A DNA stretch of 64,000 bases from Chloracidobacterium sp. (GCA_015075585.1 JABTUB010000001.1:1914274-1978273); one strand, 5' to 3'; positions 22,467 to 32,378 are shown, counted from the first letter of the stretch. Numbers and translations are program-made. Notes: a model not told the origin generated them from the sequence alone.

Positions 22467-23369
22467 TTACGCGCCGTCCCGGCCGAAGACGATACTTGCG
22501 GAGCCAAGCAGACCCGCATCGTCGCCGAGCTTTGCGCGAATGATATTAACACGTTCTATAGGTTCGTTAAATGCCCGCAGCCGCACTTCGCTCTGCAATG
22601 CATCAATGAACCGATCCCATGCCGCCGCAACGCCGCCGCCGATCGTGATCACCTCAGGATTTAGCGCGTTAACCAGCGAACCCAGAGTAATACCTAAATA
22701 TCGTCCCATTTCCGTAAAAACGTCGGCCGCGATCTCGTTGCCGTTTTCGGCGAGTTCGTAAACTGCATAGGGCGAATCAACATCGAGACAACGCTCTTTC
22801 GCCGAACGAACGATCGCCGTTCCCGATGCATATTGCTCGATACACCCATGGCTGCCGCACGGGCAAGGCCTTCCGTCAGGCTCAACGCACATATGGCCGA
22901 TCTCACCTGCGGTCCCGTCTGGGCCGAAGAAAACCTTACCGTTAAAGATCAGCCCGCCGCCGACACCGGTTCCGAGCGTAATGCCGATGACATTCGACGC
23001 TCCCGCAGACGCCCCTAACCAATGCTCGCCTTCCGTTGCCGCGGTCGCGTCGTTGAACACTTTGACCGGAATGCCGAGCCTTCCCGAGAGGTCTGTCGAG
23101 ATGTTGATGCCGTCAAGCATCGGCAGATTCGGTAACTTACCGACCGAGCCATCCCTGCGGAACGTCGCCGGAACTGCTGCACCCATCGCCAAAACACCGT
23201 CCGTGCCGCAATCAGAAGCCAGCTTTGCGATCAGTCCAAGCACATCGTCGGCACTTCCGCCTGACGGGGTCGATGCTTCTTGCCTTTTAATGATGTTCCC
23301 CGCGCGGTCGATCTTGGCGACCCGTGTATTCGTCCCGCCGAGATCGAGGGCTAAAACGGCTTCCTGCAT
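22467..23369 (-). CDS. ROK family sugar kinase (glucokinase-like)
   Basis: LDLGGTNTR ATP-binding motif and the ROK zinc motif CPCGSHGCIEQYASG. 300 aa with no N-terminal HTH, so a kinase rather than a repressor. Confidence 0.85.
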   Translation of the reverse strand: MQEAVLALDLGGTNTRVAKIDRAGNIIKRQEASTPSGGSADDVLGLIAKLASDCGTDGVLAMGAAVPATFRRDGSVGKLPNLPMLDGINISTDLSGRLGIPVKVFNDATAATEGEHWLGASAGASNVIGITLGTGVGGGLIFNGKVFFGPDGTAGEIGHMCVEPDGRPCPCGSHGCIEQYASGTAIVRSAKERCLDVDSPYAVYELAENGNEIAADVFTEMGRYLGITLGSLVNALNPEVITIGGGVAAAWDRFIDALQSEVRLRAFNEPIERVNIIRAKLGDDAGLLGSASIVFGRDGA

Positions 23370-23378
23370 CTTATTGAC

Positions 23379-24458
23379 CTATGGCCGCTTCGGCCTGTCA
23401 GCCTCCGGAACGTTCTGGTAAACATCATCGTACTTGGCGTATCCGTCCTTTATTACCGTGTCCATAAGATTATTCTTATCAACGGTTATAACCTCCAGAA
23501 GGATCGAAGGAACCTCTTTATTTATCGCATCGTTCATAAAAGGCTTTGTATCAAGCGGCTGCTTGTTCGCGAGTTTTATCGCAGCGTCCACGGCGGCATT
23601 AGCAAGCGGGATTATCGGCTTATAGACCGTCATCGTCTGCTTCCCTTCCGCGATGGATTGCAAAGCGTCGATCTGAGCATCCTGGCCGGTCACTACGACG
23701 CCCGTGATATTCTTCTTACCAAGGGCACTAATCACACCGCCGGCCATGCCGTCATTCGACACGACGAACGCCTGAATATTGTCGTTGTTCTGCGTAAGCG
23801 CGTTCTCGGCAAAATTCAACGCAAGCTCCTTTTTCCAATCGGGGATGAACTGCTCAGCTACGATCTTGATATCGCCGCGGTCGATGGCAGGCTGCAAGAC
23901 CGCGAGTTCCTCTTTCTTCATTATGTGAGCATTATTGTCGGTTGATGCGCCATACACCATTACATAATTACCCTTGGGCACTTTTTGCAACGCATATTCT
24001 GCGATCTTTCGGCCAATGACAGGCACCTGATGAGAGATATAAAGGTCTATCTTATCCGAGTTAATAAGCCGATCGTAACTTATAACGGGAACGCCCTGAG
24101 CTTTCGCCTTTTCGACCATTGACGCGGCCTGAACTGCATCCTGTGGTGCAATAACAAGTGCGTCAACATTCTGTGTCAACAAATTATCGACGTCATTCGC
24201 TTGTCTGTCGGGGCTGTTATCGGCAACGGTTATTATGCATTCAACATTCTGCCGCTTACATGCGGCATCAAAAGCGTCGCGGTCGCGCTGCCAGCGTTCC
24301 TCCTTGACCGTAGCCATTGCAAAACCGATCTTCAATTTCTTCGAACCCGATGGGGCGGACGGATTTCCGCCACTGCTGTTAGCGGAATTTACCGCATTCC
24401 CGGAACATGCGGCGGTAAAGATGGCCGCTGCGATCAAAACGAATGATGCGATCCTCAT
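23379..24458 (-). CDS. Sugar ABC transporter substrate-binding lipoprotein (XylF-like)
   Basis: KIGFAMATVKEERWQRDRDAF resembles E. coli XylF (KIGMAIDDLRLERWQKDRDIF). Lipobox LIAAAIFTAAC is present. AGGAG lies 8 nt upstream of the ATG at 24458. Confidence 0.8.
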   Translation of the reverse strand: MRIASFVLIAAAIFTAACSGNAVNSANSSGGNPSAPSGSKKLKIGFAMATVKEERWQRDRDAFDAACKRQNVECIITVADNSPDRQANDVDNLLTQNVDALVIAPQDAVQAASMVEKAKAQGVPVISYDRLINSDKIDLYISHQVPVIGRKIAEYALQKVPKGNYVMVYGASTDNNAHIMKKEELAVLQPAIDRGDIKIVAEQFIPDWKKELALNFAENALTQNNDNIQAFVVSNDGMAGGVISALGKKNITGVVVTGQDAQIDALQSIAEGKQTMTVYKPIIPLANAAVDAAIKLANKQPLDTKPFMNDAINKEVPSILLEVITVDKNNLMDTVIKDGYAKYDDVYQNVPEADRPKRP

Positions 24459-24701
24459 TAAATATCTCCTGCGTATCAATTGTAGAACAGGTGAAATTAA
24501 AGCAAAATTTCACGGTACGGGCAATCATATCACCCATTTGGCGGTTAAATGACCGGCCTCTTTTGATTTTTTCGCATCTTTTTTTGAATTTTGATTTGAA
24601 ATGCAGAAAAACTGTGATATAAATAGGCGTTAAAGCTACGCCCTGATCGTGCCTTTCAAGTGATTTAGGCTTTGAACCGGTTTTTTAACAGTCTGTTTTC
24701 A

Positions 24702-24730
24702 TTGACAACAGACTTCGGTTCGCGTATAAG
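24702..24730 (+). promoter_or_regulatory. Sigma70-type promoter for the FecR-like gene pair
   Basis: TTGACA-N17-TATAAG. The -35 box sits in the loop of the inverted repeat AGTCTGTT/AACAGACT. Confidence 0.35.
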
Positions 24731-24789
24731 ATTGAAAGGTTTGATGTTTTTGAAATTATAGATCTTGAAACAATTGAAAGAGGAGAACT

Positions 24790-25365
24790 ATGAATAGCAA
24801 ACTGTGGATTCAAAAGGCACTTACGATGTGCTCAATGGTTGCACTGCTCGCAACATTTTCGATGGTAACACTGGCAACGGATGCCAAGGTTGCCGGAGAA
24901 CTCAATGTGACCGGCTCCGATGCCGTTCTCGTTAATGGTGAAGCCGCCCGTAGCGGCCGAACGATCTTTTCGTCAAGCACGGTAACAACGCCCGCCGGAA
25001 CTTCCGCGACGTTGAATCTCGGACACGCAGGTCAGATCATGGTCGCAGGCGGCAGTTCTGTGGTTGTAAACTTTGACGCTGATGTTATCAATGTGGATCT
25101 TGCAGAGGGCAACATCACAGTTCTGGGAGCGGCAAACAATGTGAACGTTAATGCCGCTGGAAAGACTTACTCTGTCGCTGCCGGCGACAGCATCAATGCT
25201 GCAGGCAAGGATGACGACGACAACAAGAGTAAGAAGAGAGGCGCAGCTTGGTACTGGTTCGCTATCGTCTTTGGCGGAGCAGCAGCAGTTGCGGTCTTGG
25301 CAGCAACACGAGATTCGGAATATAAATTCGGCGGTGGCACAACGGTTGTCAGCCCGAACCGCTAG
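24790..25365 (+). CDS. FecR-like domain secreted/membrane-anchored protein, paralog 1
   Basis: Signal peptide, a FecR-like beta region (VNGEAARSGRTIFSSSTVTTPAGTSATLNLGHAGQIMV), a C-terminal TM and the tail GGGTTVVSPNR. AGAGGAG RBS. Confidence 0.6.
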   Translation: MNSKLWIQKALTMCSMVALLATFSMVTLATDAKVAGELNVTGSDAVLVNGEAARSGRTIFSSSTVTTPAGTSATLNLGHAGQIMVAGGSSVVVNFDADVINVDLAEGNITVLGAANNVNVNAAGKTYSVAAGDSINAAGKDDDDNKSKKRGAAWYWFAIVFGGAAAVAVLAATRDSEYKFGGGTTVVSPNR

Positions 25366-25379
25366 ATCTGTAGATTCTG

Positions 25380-25416
25380 TACCGGCCGGCGGCGAAAACA
25401 ACTGCCGGCAACGGTA
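25380..25416 (+). terminator. Hairpin between the two FecR-like paralogs (possible attenuating terminator)
   Basis: TACCGGCCGGC...GCCGGCaaCGGTA forms an 11-bp interrupted stem followed by a T-rich stretch. Confidence 0.35.
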
Positions 25417-25461
25417 ATTATCTATTCTTTAGTTGAATAGTACAGGAGGATATTTACTCAC

Positions 25462-26169
25462 ATGCTCAGAAAAAATAGCTTTCGCAAAATCACCACTTTG
25501 GTTACGGGAATCGCGGTATGGTGTGTTTATTCTACGGCGGTCTTCGCACTGCCTAGCGTCTCTGCGGCAGACATAACTGTCACCGGACAGGTAACCGTCA
25601 ACGGCCAGCCCGCTGTTTCAAATTCTCAGATTCTGACCGGAAGTTCGATCGTAACCGGTGCCGGATCGTCGGCTGTCGTCAACCTTGGCAAGACCGGAAG
25701 GGTCGAAGTTCTGGAGAACTCCAGCTTGACGCTCAACTTCTCCGACAGCAGCATTGTCGGTATTCTTAATGACGGCAAGGTTCGCGTATCGAACGCGGCC
25801 GGTGTCTCCACAACCTTCACGACAAAACACGGAACTGCGATAGCGGACGTAAGCCAAGCAGATTCGTTTGTGGTTGAAGCTGAGTGCTCGCACACCCACG
25901 TTGACACCACGACCGGGATGGTAACACTCCGCGAAGGCACGAGCGACAAGCAGGTTGCGGCAGGTTCCACGGCGACAGCAGGAGATCTTGAACAGACAGG
26001 CTGCAAACCGTGTCTTCGTCCGGGTTCAGGCCCCGAAGTTAGCGTTGCCGGATTCCCGTGGCTTATCCTGCTTGCGGCAGGAGCCGCAGGAGCGGCCATC
26101 TTCTTCGGCTTGCAGGATCACGACACCACAATCGGCGGCGGCACGATCGTTGTCAGCCCGTCTCGCTAA
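25462..26169 (+). CDS. FecR-like domain secreted/membrane-anchored protein, paralog 2
   Basis: Same architecture as 24790..25365: VNGQPAVSNSQILTGSSIVTGAGSSAVVNLGKTGRVEV, a C-terminal TM and the tail GGGTIVVSPSR. Confidence 0.6.
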   Translation: MLRKNSFRKITTLVTGIAVWCVYSTAVFALPSVSAADITVTGQVTVNGQPAVSNSQILTGSSIVTGAGSSAVVNLGKTGRVEVLENSSLTLNFSDSSIVGILNDGKVRVSNAAGVSTTFTTKHGTAIADVSQADSFVVEAECSHTHVDTTTGMVTLREGTSDKQVAAGSTATAGDLEQTGCKPCLRPGSGPEVSVAGFPWLILLAAGAAGAAIFFGLQDHDTTIGGGTIVVSPSR

Positions 26170-26192
26170 CCTCTAAGTCAGTTGTTTCTACT

Positions 26193-26226
26193 TGCGGGTC
26201 ATGTTTTGCGTGGCCCGCACTTTTTT
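26193..26226 (+). terminator. Rho-independent terminator after the FecR-like pair
   Basis: TGCGGGTC...GGCCCGCA stem followed by TTTTTT (26221-26226). Confidence 0.6.
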
Positions 26227-26272
26227 GCTTCACTTTTTTGAGTCTCAGTTTAATAGTTTATACTGTTTGTTT

Positions 26273-27571
26273 ATGCGAATTGCGGTTATTGGCACCGGAT
26301 ATGTAGGGTTGGTCTCAGGCGCGTGTTTTGCTGAGTTCGGCGTTGACGTTACTTGTGTTGATGTTGTTGCGGACAAGATCGAAAAGCTCAAGCAGGGCAT
26401 CATTCCGATCTATGAGCCGGGACTCGACCAGTTGGTCGAAAAGAATGTCGCGGACGGTCGGCTTCACTTCACCACGGATATTAAGGCAGCTGTTGAATCT
26501 GCTCGAGTTGTCTTTCTCGCGGTCGGCACCCCGCCGTTGCCGGACGGTTCGCCGGACATGAGCTTTTATCAGCAGGCGGCAAAAGATGTTGCCGAGGCGA
26601 TGAACGGCTACAAGGTTCTCGTTACAAAATCGACCGTGCCCGTAGGGACCGGCAAGTGGCTGCGTGACTTCGTAAAGGAGCATCTCACTACCGACACAGA
26701 CTTCGGTGTTGCTTCAAATCCGGAATTTCTGCGCGAAGGGGCTGCTATCGACGACTTTATGCGCCCGGACCGCGTCGTTATCGGCAGTAATGAAGGGCGA
26801 GCGATCGAGATCATGAAAGACCTTTATCGCCCGCTCTACCTGATCGAAACGCCGATCGTGATCACCTCGCTCGAAGCGGCCGAGCTTATCAAATACGCTG
26901 CAAATGCGTTTCTCGCCACTAAGATCACATTCATCAACGAGATAGCGAACTTGTGCGATGCGATCGGCTGTGACGTCCATGACGTAGCACGCGGAATGGG
27001 AATGGATAATCGGATCGGACGCAAGTTCCTGCATCCCGGGCCGGGCTATGGCGGTTCGTGCTTCCCCAAGGACACAAGAGCGTTAACGACCGTAGCCGAT
27101 AAGTACGGTGTTGAGACACGCATCGTTGATGCGGTCATCGAAGCGAACGACCGTCAGCGCGACGCGATGATCCCGAAGATCGAAAAGCTCGTTGGCGATC
27201 TGACCGGCAAACGCATAGGCGTGCTCGGCCTTTCATTCAAGCCTGAGACCGATGATATGAGAGAATCGCCGGCGATCGATATCATTGCGGGGCTGATAAA
27301 GAGAGGAGCGACGGTCAAGGCTTTTGACCCCGTAGCTATGAAGGAATCTAGGGAATACCTTCCGGCGATCGAATACGCAACTGATGAATATGACGCAATT
27401 AACGGCGCAGACATTATGGTCATTATGACCGAATGGAATCAGTTCCGTGCCCTCGATCTTGAACGCGTCAAGTCTCTTCTGAACGAGCCGAAGGTAGTTG
27501 ATCTAAGAAATGTCTATGAGCCGGCTGAGATGCGCGAGGCAGGCTTTGAATACGTCGGCGTTGGCAGGTAA
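26273..27571 (+). CDS. ugd: UDP-glucose 6-dehydrogenase
   Basis: MRIAVIGTGYVGLVSG Rossmann start and the catalytic-Cys motif GGSCFPKD. The ORF track starts upstream at 26192, inside the terminator. Confidence 0.9.
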   Translation: MRIAVIGTGYVGLVSGACFAEFGVDVTCVDVVADKIEKLKQGIIPIYEPGLDQLVEKNVADGRLHFTTDIKAAVESARVVFLAVGTPPLPDGSPDMSFYQQAAKDVAEAMNGYKVLVTKSTVPVGTGKWLRDFVKEHLTTDTDFGVASNPEFLREGAAIDDFMRPDRVVIGSNEGRAIEIMKDLYRPLYLIETPIVITSLEAAELIKYAANAFLATKITFINEIANLCDAIGCDVHDVARGMGMDNRIGRKFLHPGPGYGGSCFPKDTRALTTVADKYGVETRIVDAVIEANDRQRDAMIPKIEKLVGDLTGKRIGVLGLSFKPETDDMRESPAIDIIAGLIKRGATVKAFDPVAMKESREYLPAIEYATDEYDAINGADIMVIMTEWNQFRALDLERVKSLLNEPKVVDLRNVYEPAEMREAGFEYVGVGR

Positions 27572-27612
27572 TCGCATCATTTGACGCCGTTCATACGGCG
27601 GCGATCTCTACT

Positions 27613-28569
27613 ATGGCAATCACTTCAAAAGTACTGGTGACAGGCGGCGCCGGTTTTATCGGTTCAAATCTTGCGGATGAGCTTATCGCTCAGGGGGCCC
27701 GCGTTGTCATTCTCGATAATTTTTCGACCGGTTATATCGAGAATATCGAAGCCATTGCAGGCGACTTCGATCTTATCGAGGGCGATATTACTGATGATGA
27801 TGCTGTTAAACAAGCACTGGAGGGCACGGAGATAGTGTTTCACGAAGCGGCCCTGCCAAGCGTTCCGCGTTCGGTCAACGATCCGTTGGAGACGCATCGA
27901 GCGTGCGTTGACGGCACGTTCAATCTGCTCCGGCACGCAAAGGACTCGGGTGTGAAGCGTTTCATTTACGCTGCGTCAAGCTCTGCGTACGGCGACCAGC
28001 CGACCCTTCCGAAGGCGGAGTCGATGCGCGCCGATCCTCTATCACCATACGCTGCGGCAAAACTCACCGGCGAGCTTTATTGCCGGGCTTTCTACAATTC
28101 CTACGGATTCGAAACGATCGCTCTGCGGTATTTTAACGTGTTTGGGCCGCGTCAAGACCCGTCATCCGCCTATTCGGGTGTTATCTCACGCTTTATTGAT
28201 GACCTGCTTAAGGGCGGCACACCAACCATTTACGGTGATGGTGAGCAGTCGCGTGATTTCACCTACGTTGCGAACGTCGTGGATGCTAATATTCGAGCAG
28301 CGACCGCAACATCGGGTATCGGATTAACAATGAATGTTGCGAACGGCGTACGGATCTCATTGAATCAGCTTCTGGACGTCCTCAAGCAAATAACGGATCG
28401 GCCTGATGTAGAGGCTGTCTATGAGCCTGCACGCCGCGGCGATGTGAAGCATTCGCAGGCGGACAACTCACTCGCCGTCGAACACCTCGGGTATCGCGAG
28501 ATTGTAGGCCTTGAGGACGGGCTGCGAAAGACCATCGATTGGTGGAAGAACAGCCGTTTCGCCGAATAG
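27613..28569 (+). CDS. NAD-dependent nucleotide-sugar epimerase/dehydratase (extended SDR)
   Basis: VTGGAGFIGSNL, YAAAK (YxxxK) and RYFNVFGPRQ. Adjacent to ugd, so probably a UDP-glucuronate or UDP-sugar 4-epimerase class enzyme. Confidence 0.85.
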   Translation: MAITSKVLVTGGAGFIGSNLADELIAQGARVVILDNFSTGYIENIEAIAGDFDLIEGDITDDDAVKQALEGTEIVFHEAALPSVPRSVNDPLETHRACVDGTFNLLRHAKDSGVKRFIYAASSSAYGDQPTLPKAESMRADPLSPYAAAKLTGELYCRAFYNSYGFETIALRYFNVFGPRQDPSSAYSGVISRFIDDLLKGGTPTIYGDGEQSRDFTYVANVVDANIRAATATSGIGLTMNVANGVRISLNQLLDVLKQITDRPDVEAVYEPARRGDVKHSQADNSLAVEHLGYREIVGLEDGLRKTIDWWKNSRFAE

Positions 28570-29283
28570 TTACTTCGGGATCTCGAATACATCGGGAGCG
28601 ATCTCGGTATTCACACGAATATCCTTTGCCTTGAAATCGCAATACGCCGTGATCTGCCCAAGATCGAAGCGTTGAGAAAACCTCTCAGGGATTATTACAC
28701 CATCCGCCGTCCTGAATTTGTCGATCACGACCGAGGTCGTTCCCTTTTGGCCAAAGAACTCAAAGGCCGAGTCAAAACCCTTAATCTGCTTCGTTTTCTC
28801 ATCAATATAAAAATCAGTGAAATGGCCGTCTGGCGCAGTGATGCGAAAACCCGACTTTCCTTTCGCTGACGCCGGGAGCATACTGATCGGATATGAGGGA
28901 TCGCCGACCTTACGGAGCACATAAAATCCTACACGATCAAGCGGCGGCAGCTTGAACGAGTTCGGTATCTGTGTAAAGGTTTGAGTTCCGTCAAAGACCT
29001 GTTTGAGCGGCTGTGCCGCATTGTTGAGGTCAATGCGGTATTTCTCACCTTCAAAGACCATTGCGAACGTCCCGGGAAGGACCTGATTGAATACATTCAC
29101 ATCGACGCTGCCGGCGATGGTCATCGACTTCAGATCGCTTAGTTTACGCCCGCCATGAGCTTCGAGGGCCGCCTTCGCAAGCTCGCGAGCCAATGTGTTG
29201 TCAGCAGGCTGCGAAGCCGCAGTTTGAGCAGTAACAGACAATATTCCGGCGAGGATAATCGCGATGGCGATCAATACTTTCAT
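28570..29283 (-). CDS. Secreted LolA-like/lipoprotein-sorting-fold protein (hypothetical)
   Basis: Signal peptide followed by a 237-aa beta-rich protein. The family assignment is by general resemblance only. Confidence 0.5.
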   Translation of the reverse strand: MKVLIAIAIILAGILSVTAQTAASQPADNTLARELAKAALEAHGGRKLSDLKSMTIAGSVDVNVFNQVLPGTFAMVFEGEKYRIDLNNAAQPLKQVFDGTQTFTQIPNSFKLPPLDRVGFYVLRKVGDPSYPISMLPASAKGKSGFRITAPDGHFTDFYIDEKTKQIKGFDSAFEFFGQKGTTSVVIDKFRTADGVIIPERFSQRFDLGQITAYCDFKAKDIRVNTEIAPDVFEIPK

Positions 29284-29372
29284 ATCTGATTTTCTAACAC
29301 GAATGAGAGGCGATCAACCGTTCGTTCATCGCCTCTCAGTTTGTTGCACACCTGTATTCAGGCAGTTTCAGC

Positions 29373-32300
29373 CTACCAGTTGAACCTCACCGACAGATCT
29401 ATGCGTCGGTTCGCAGAACCTCCGCCTCCGCCGAAAAAGCCGAAGCCGCCGCCTGTCGAACGTGACCGGCCGAATGAAGGTGACGTAAGCGCCCCGACGG
29501 GCGTGCCGAGGTTGACAGTATTCAGAAGATTCTGAATGTTGACACCTATGGTCAGGTTATATCGGCTGCGCGTATCGCCTCCGCCGAACATTCCGCCGCG
29601 GCCGCCGCCCATTCTGCCGCCGGGTCCGCCCATTCCGCCTCCCATACCGCCACCGGACCCGGCACCGCCATCACTGCTGCCGCCGAATCCGAACGTCTTC
29701 GAAAGGTTGAGGTTCATCGTGAATGAGCCCGGCCCGCGACCGTAGTTACGCGGGATGATCGTGGTATCAGGTGACGAAATGTCCGAAATATCACACCATG
29801 ACGCGGTCAGGCCAAGCTGCTGACATCGATCGTGCAATGCCGAATATGTCGGCCGATCAAAGAACAGCGAGTCGTAATTCGAGTCAACACCCGAGGTAAT
29901 ATTGAAAGGACGCCCCGTCGATGCAATGACCATTGTGTTTGCCCTTATTCCCCACGGAAGCTGTGCCGAACCGACCAGGAACAGCGAGTGTCTTGAATTG
30001 AACGCCGATGGCCCGTACTCGCTCGACATATCATAGCTGTACATCGGATATCCGACCGTACCGGCCGAGAATCGCGGGCTGCTCATGCTGTCCACGTAGC
30101 CCTTCGCCCACGAGAGTGTATAACCGCCGCTGATCGTATATTTTGAGCGGATGGTTGAGCGAAGGTTAATATTAACGAATTGTGCATTCGTTTTTGCACT
30201 CGACTCCATCTCGTATATGTTGCCTAGCGTCGGGTCAGGTCTCAGTGCCTGTATCTGCGCGGTCGTCAATCCCGTAGGACAAACTGAAAGATCAGGGCAG
30301 ACAGGTGCGTTAGTATTACGCGTTAGCAAGCCGCGATACGTGTTCGTTTGTGTAAATGTCGCACTCAGAACGGTCTTCGCGTTTATCTGCCGCTCAACAC
30401 TTAACGCGGATTGCAGCGAATAAGGCGTTCTTATATCGCCCTCGATGCGGAACGGCGTGCTCGCAAGCGGTGTTACGGCTCCAAGCTGTGCAGAGGTCGG
30501 CACATTCGTTACTGTTCCGTCCGGGTGAAAGATCGCCTGGCCGAGTATTGCCGGATTCGATGTAACGATGTATTGAAGCTGCGAAACTCCGTCTTGGCGG
30601 ATCGCTCGAAGGGTGTTGCCCTCAGAAAATCGCGTATAGAAGACACCGAAACCGCCGCGGAATACCGTTTTTGGAGCCTTGGCACCACCTGCTCCCGGTG
30701 CCCACGCAAAACCGAAGCGGGGTGCAAAATTGAGGTTATCCGAGATATTGCTTTGATTCTCGTACCTTAGTCCGAAGCTAAGGGTAAGATCCGGGCGCGC
30801 TTTCCAGTCATCTGTGATGTACGGACTGTAATCGAACTGGCTGACCGACGCCAACGGATTTCCGGTGGTCAGTGTGAACTGGTTAGGATTGTACCGCGGA
30901 TCGGGATTACCCAAAACCTTCTGCCGATACTGATTGATCGAGCTTACAAAAAAATCATCGGTCGGGTCGGCCGGTGTTCCGTTATCATCAAGGAAGCCTG
31001 AGAATACGAATGTTCCCGTATAATTCGACTCCGAACGGCTGTCGATCGAAACCCCTCGAAGCCGAATGCCGAATTTGACAGCGTGCTGTCCGTCCTTTCC
31101 GAACGAGGTCGTTGTCGCATTGTTCAATTCCCAACGCTTTGTCTTTGTAAAACTGTTGCCGACCTGAGCTCCGCCGCCGACAAAGGCGTTGGCAACGCTT
31201 ACCGTCGGCATTGTGTCATCACCGAACTGATCGCTCTTGTTGTAATCAAAAGAAAATCGTGTTTCATTTACCGTTCTCGGATTAATGATGGCCGATTCAG
31301 TGAACTGCAACCCATGCGAAATTCCGCTCGAACGCGATGCGCGGCTGGGAAGTGTAAAGCCTCCGATCCCTTGATTCTTTGAGCTGGAACGATTGAAGTT
31401 GTATCGGACCGTAACACTGTTACTGTCATTTATTGCAAAATCGATCCTGGGACTGATACTGAAACGCCGTGTCGGCACCGTAACATCCTTATTGAATGAG
31501 ACGATATTAGCGGCACTGTCGAGCACGATCGCCGATACGACGGAGTTCTCATCGCGTTCATTCTCGCTTACGTCCACGAAGAATGATGATCTCTTGGCCT
31601 TGATCGGCCCGCTGAAGAAGCCGCCGTAGTTACGCATTTGACTCGGAGCCCTATTCAGTGCGAATGGATTTCGCGAATTCAGACTTTCATCATTAAAGTT
31701 GAAATTCGCCGATCCGCGGAACTTGTCATAACCGGGCCTGGTCAATATCTCGATACGGCCAAAGCCGATCCGGTCGTATTCCGCTGAGAACGGATTCTGA
31801 TTGATCCTGATCTCGCGGATCGCTTCTTTTGGCGGCATCGTGCCGTTACTAAAACCGTCAATACTGATCTGTCCGCCGTCAGGCCCGGCCGCCGTACCGG
31901 CCAGTGCCTGCAATGCGGCAGCGAGTTCATCGGGGTCATCTGGAAGTGCATCCAGATCCTGGCCCTTCAGTACCGTGGCATTTGCGTTGCTGTTGGCATC
32001 ATCGGACACCGTGTTGCTGCCCGAAACATCCACCGACTCATCGATCGCCGCGACCGTAAGAGGAATTATCAGCTCGGTCTTTTGTCCTGCCGTGACCTCG
32101 ACGTCTGAGTTCTCGTATAGGCCGAACTTCGGAGCGATCGCCTTGACGGTATAAGTTCCGGGTGCAAGGCCGCTGACCGTAAACTCGCCCCGATCATTCG
32201 TGATCGATTGTTTCTGTTTGCCCGTACTGTCAACAACGGTAACGGTCGCACCGGGAATTACAGCGTTAAGCGTATCCATCACCTGGCCGCTGACGCTCCC

Positions 32301-32378
32301 CGTCGCTTGAGCAAATACTGCTGAGCTTAACGCCAGCACAAGTAATGCAGTAAAAATAAATGTATAGATCGAATTCAT
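29373..32378 (-). CDS. CarboxypepD_reg-like/TonB-dependent-receptor-like outer-membrane beta-barrel protein
   Basis: Signal peptide, an N-terminal carboxypeptidase-regulatory-like domain (GSVSGQVMD...GATVTVVD...GEFTVSGLAPGTYTV), a long barrel and a C-terminal aromatic residue (RFNW). ATG at 32378 follows a GAGGAA RBS. Confidence 0.8.
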   Translation of the reverse strand: MNSIYTFIFTALLVLALSSAVFAQATGSVSGQVMDTLNAVIPGATVTVVDSTGKQKQSITNDRGEFTVSGLAPGTYTVKAIAPKFGLYENSDVEVTAGQKTELIIPLTVAAIDESVDVSGSNTVSDDANSNANATVLKGQDLDALPDDPDELAAALQALAGTAAGPDGGQISIDGFSNGTMPPKEAIREIRINQNPFSAEYDRIGFGRIEILTRPGYDKFRGSANFNFNDESLNSRNPFALNRAPSQMRNYGGFFSGPIKAKRSSFFVDVSENERDENSVVSAIVLDSAANIVSFNKDVTVPTRRFSISPRIDFAINDSNSVTVRYNFNRSSSKNQGIGGFTLPSRASRSSGISHGLQFTESAIINPRTVNETRFSFDYNKSDQFGDDTMPTVSVANAFVGGGAQVGNSFTKTKRWELNNATTTSFGKDGQHAVKFGIRLRGVSIDSRSESNYTGTFVFSGFLDDNGTPADPTDDFFVSSINQYRQKVLGNPDPRYNPNQFTLTTGNPLASVSQFDYSPYITDDWKARPDLTLSFGLRYENQSNISDNLNFAPRFGFAWAPGAGGAKAPKTVFRGGFGVFYTRFSEGNTLRAIRQDGVSQLQYIVTSNPAILGQAIFHPDGTVTNVPTSAQLGAVTPLASTPFRIEGDIRTPYSLQSALSVERQINAKTVLSATFTQTNTYRGLLTRNTNAPVCPDLSVCPTGLTTAQIQALRPDPTLGNIYEMESSAKTNAQFVNINLRSTIRSKYTISGGYTLSWAKGYVDSMSSPRFSAGTVGYPMYSYDMSSEYGPSAFNSRHSLFLVGSAQLPWGIRANTMVIASTGRPFNITSGVDSNYDSLFFDRPTYSALHDRCQQLGLTASWCDISDISSPDTTIIPRNYGRGPGSFTMNLNLSKTFGFGGSSDGGAGSGGGMGGGMGGPGGRMGGGRGGMFGGGDTRSRYNLTIGVNIQNLLNTVNLGTPVGALTSPSFGRSRSTGGGFGFFGGGGGSANRRIDLSVRFNW

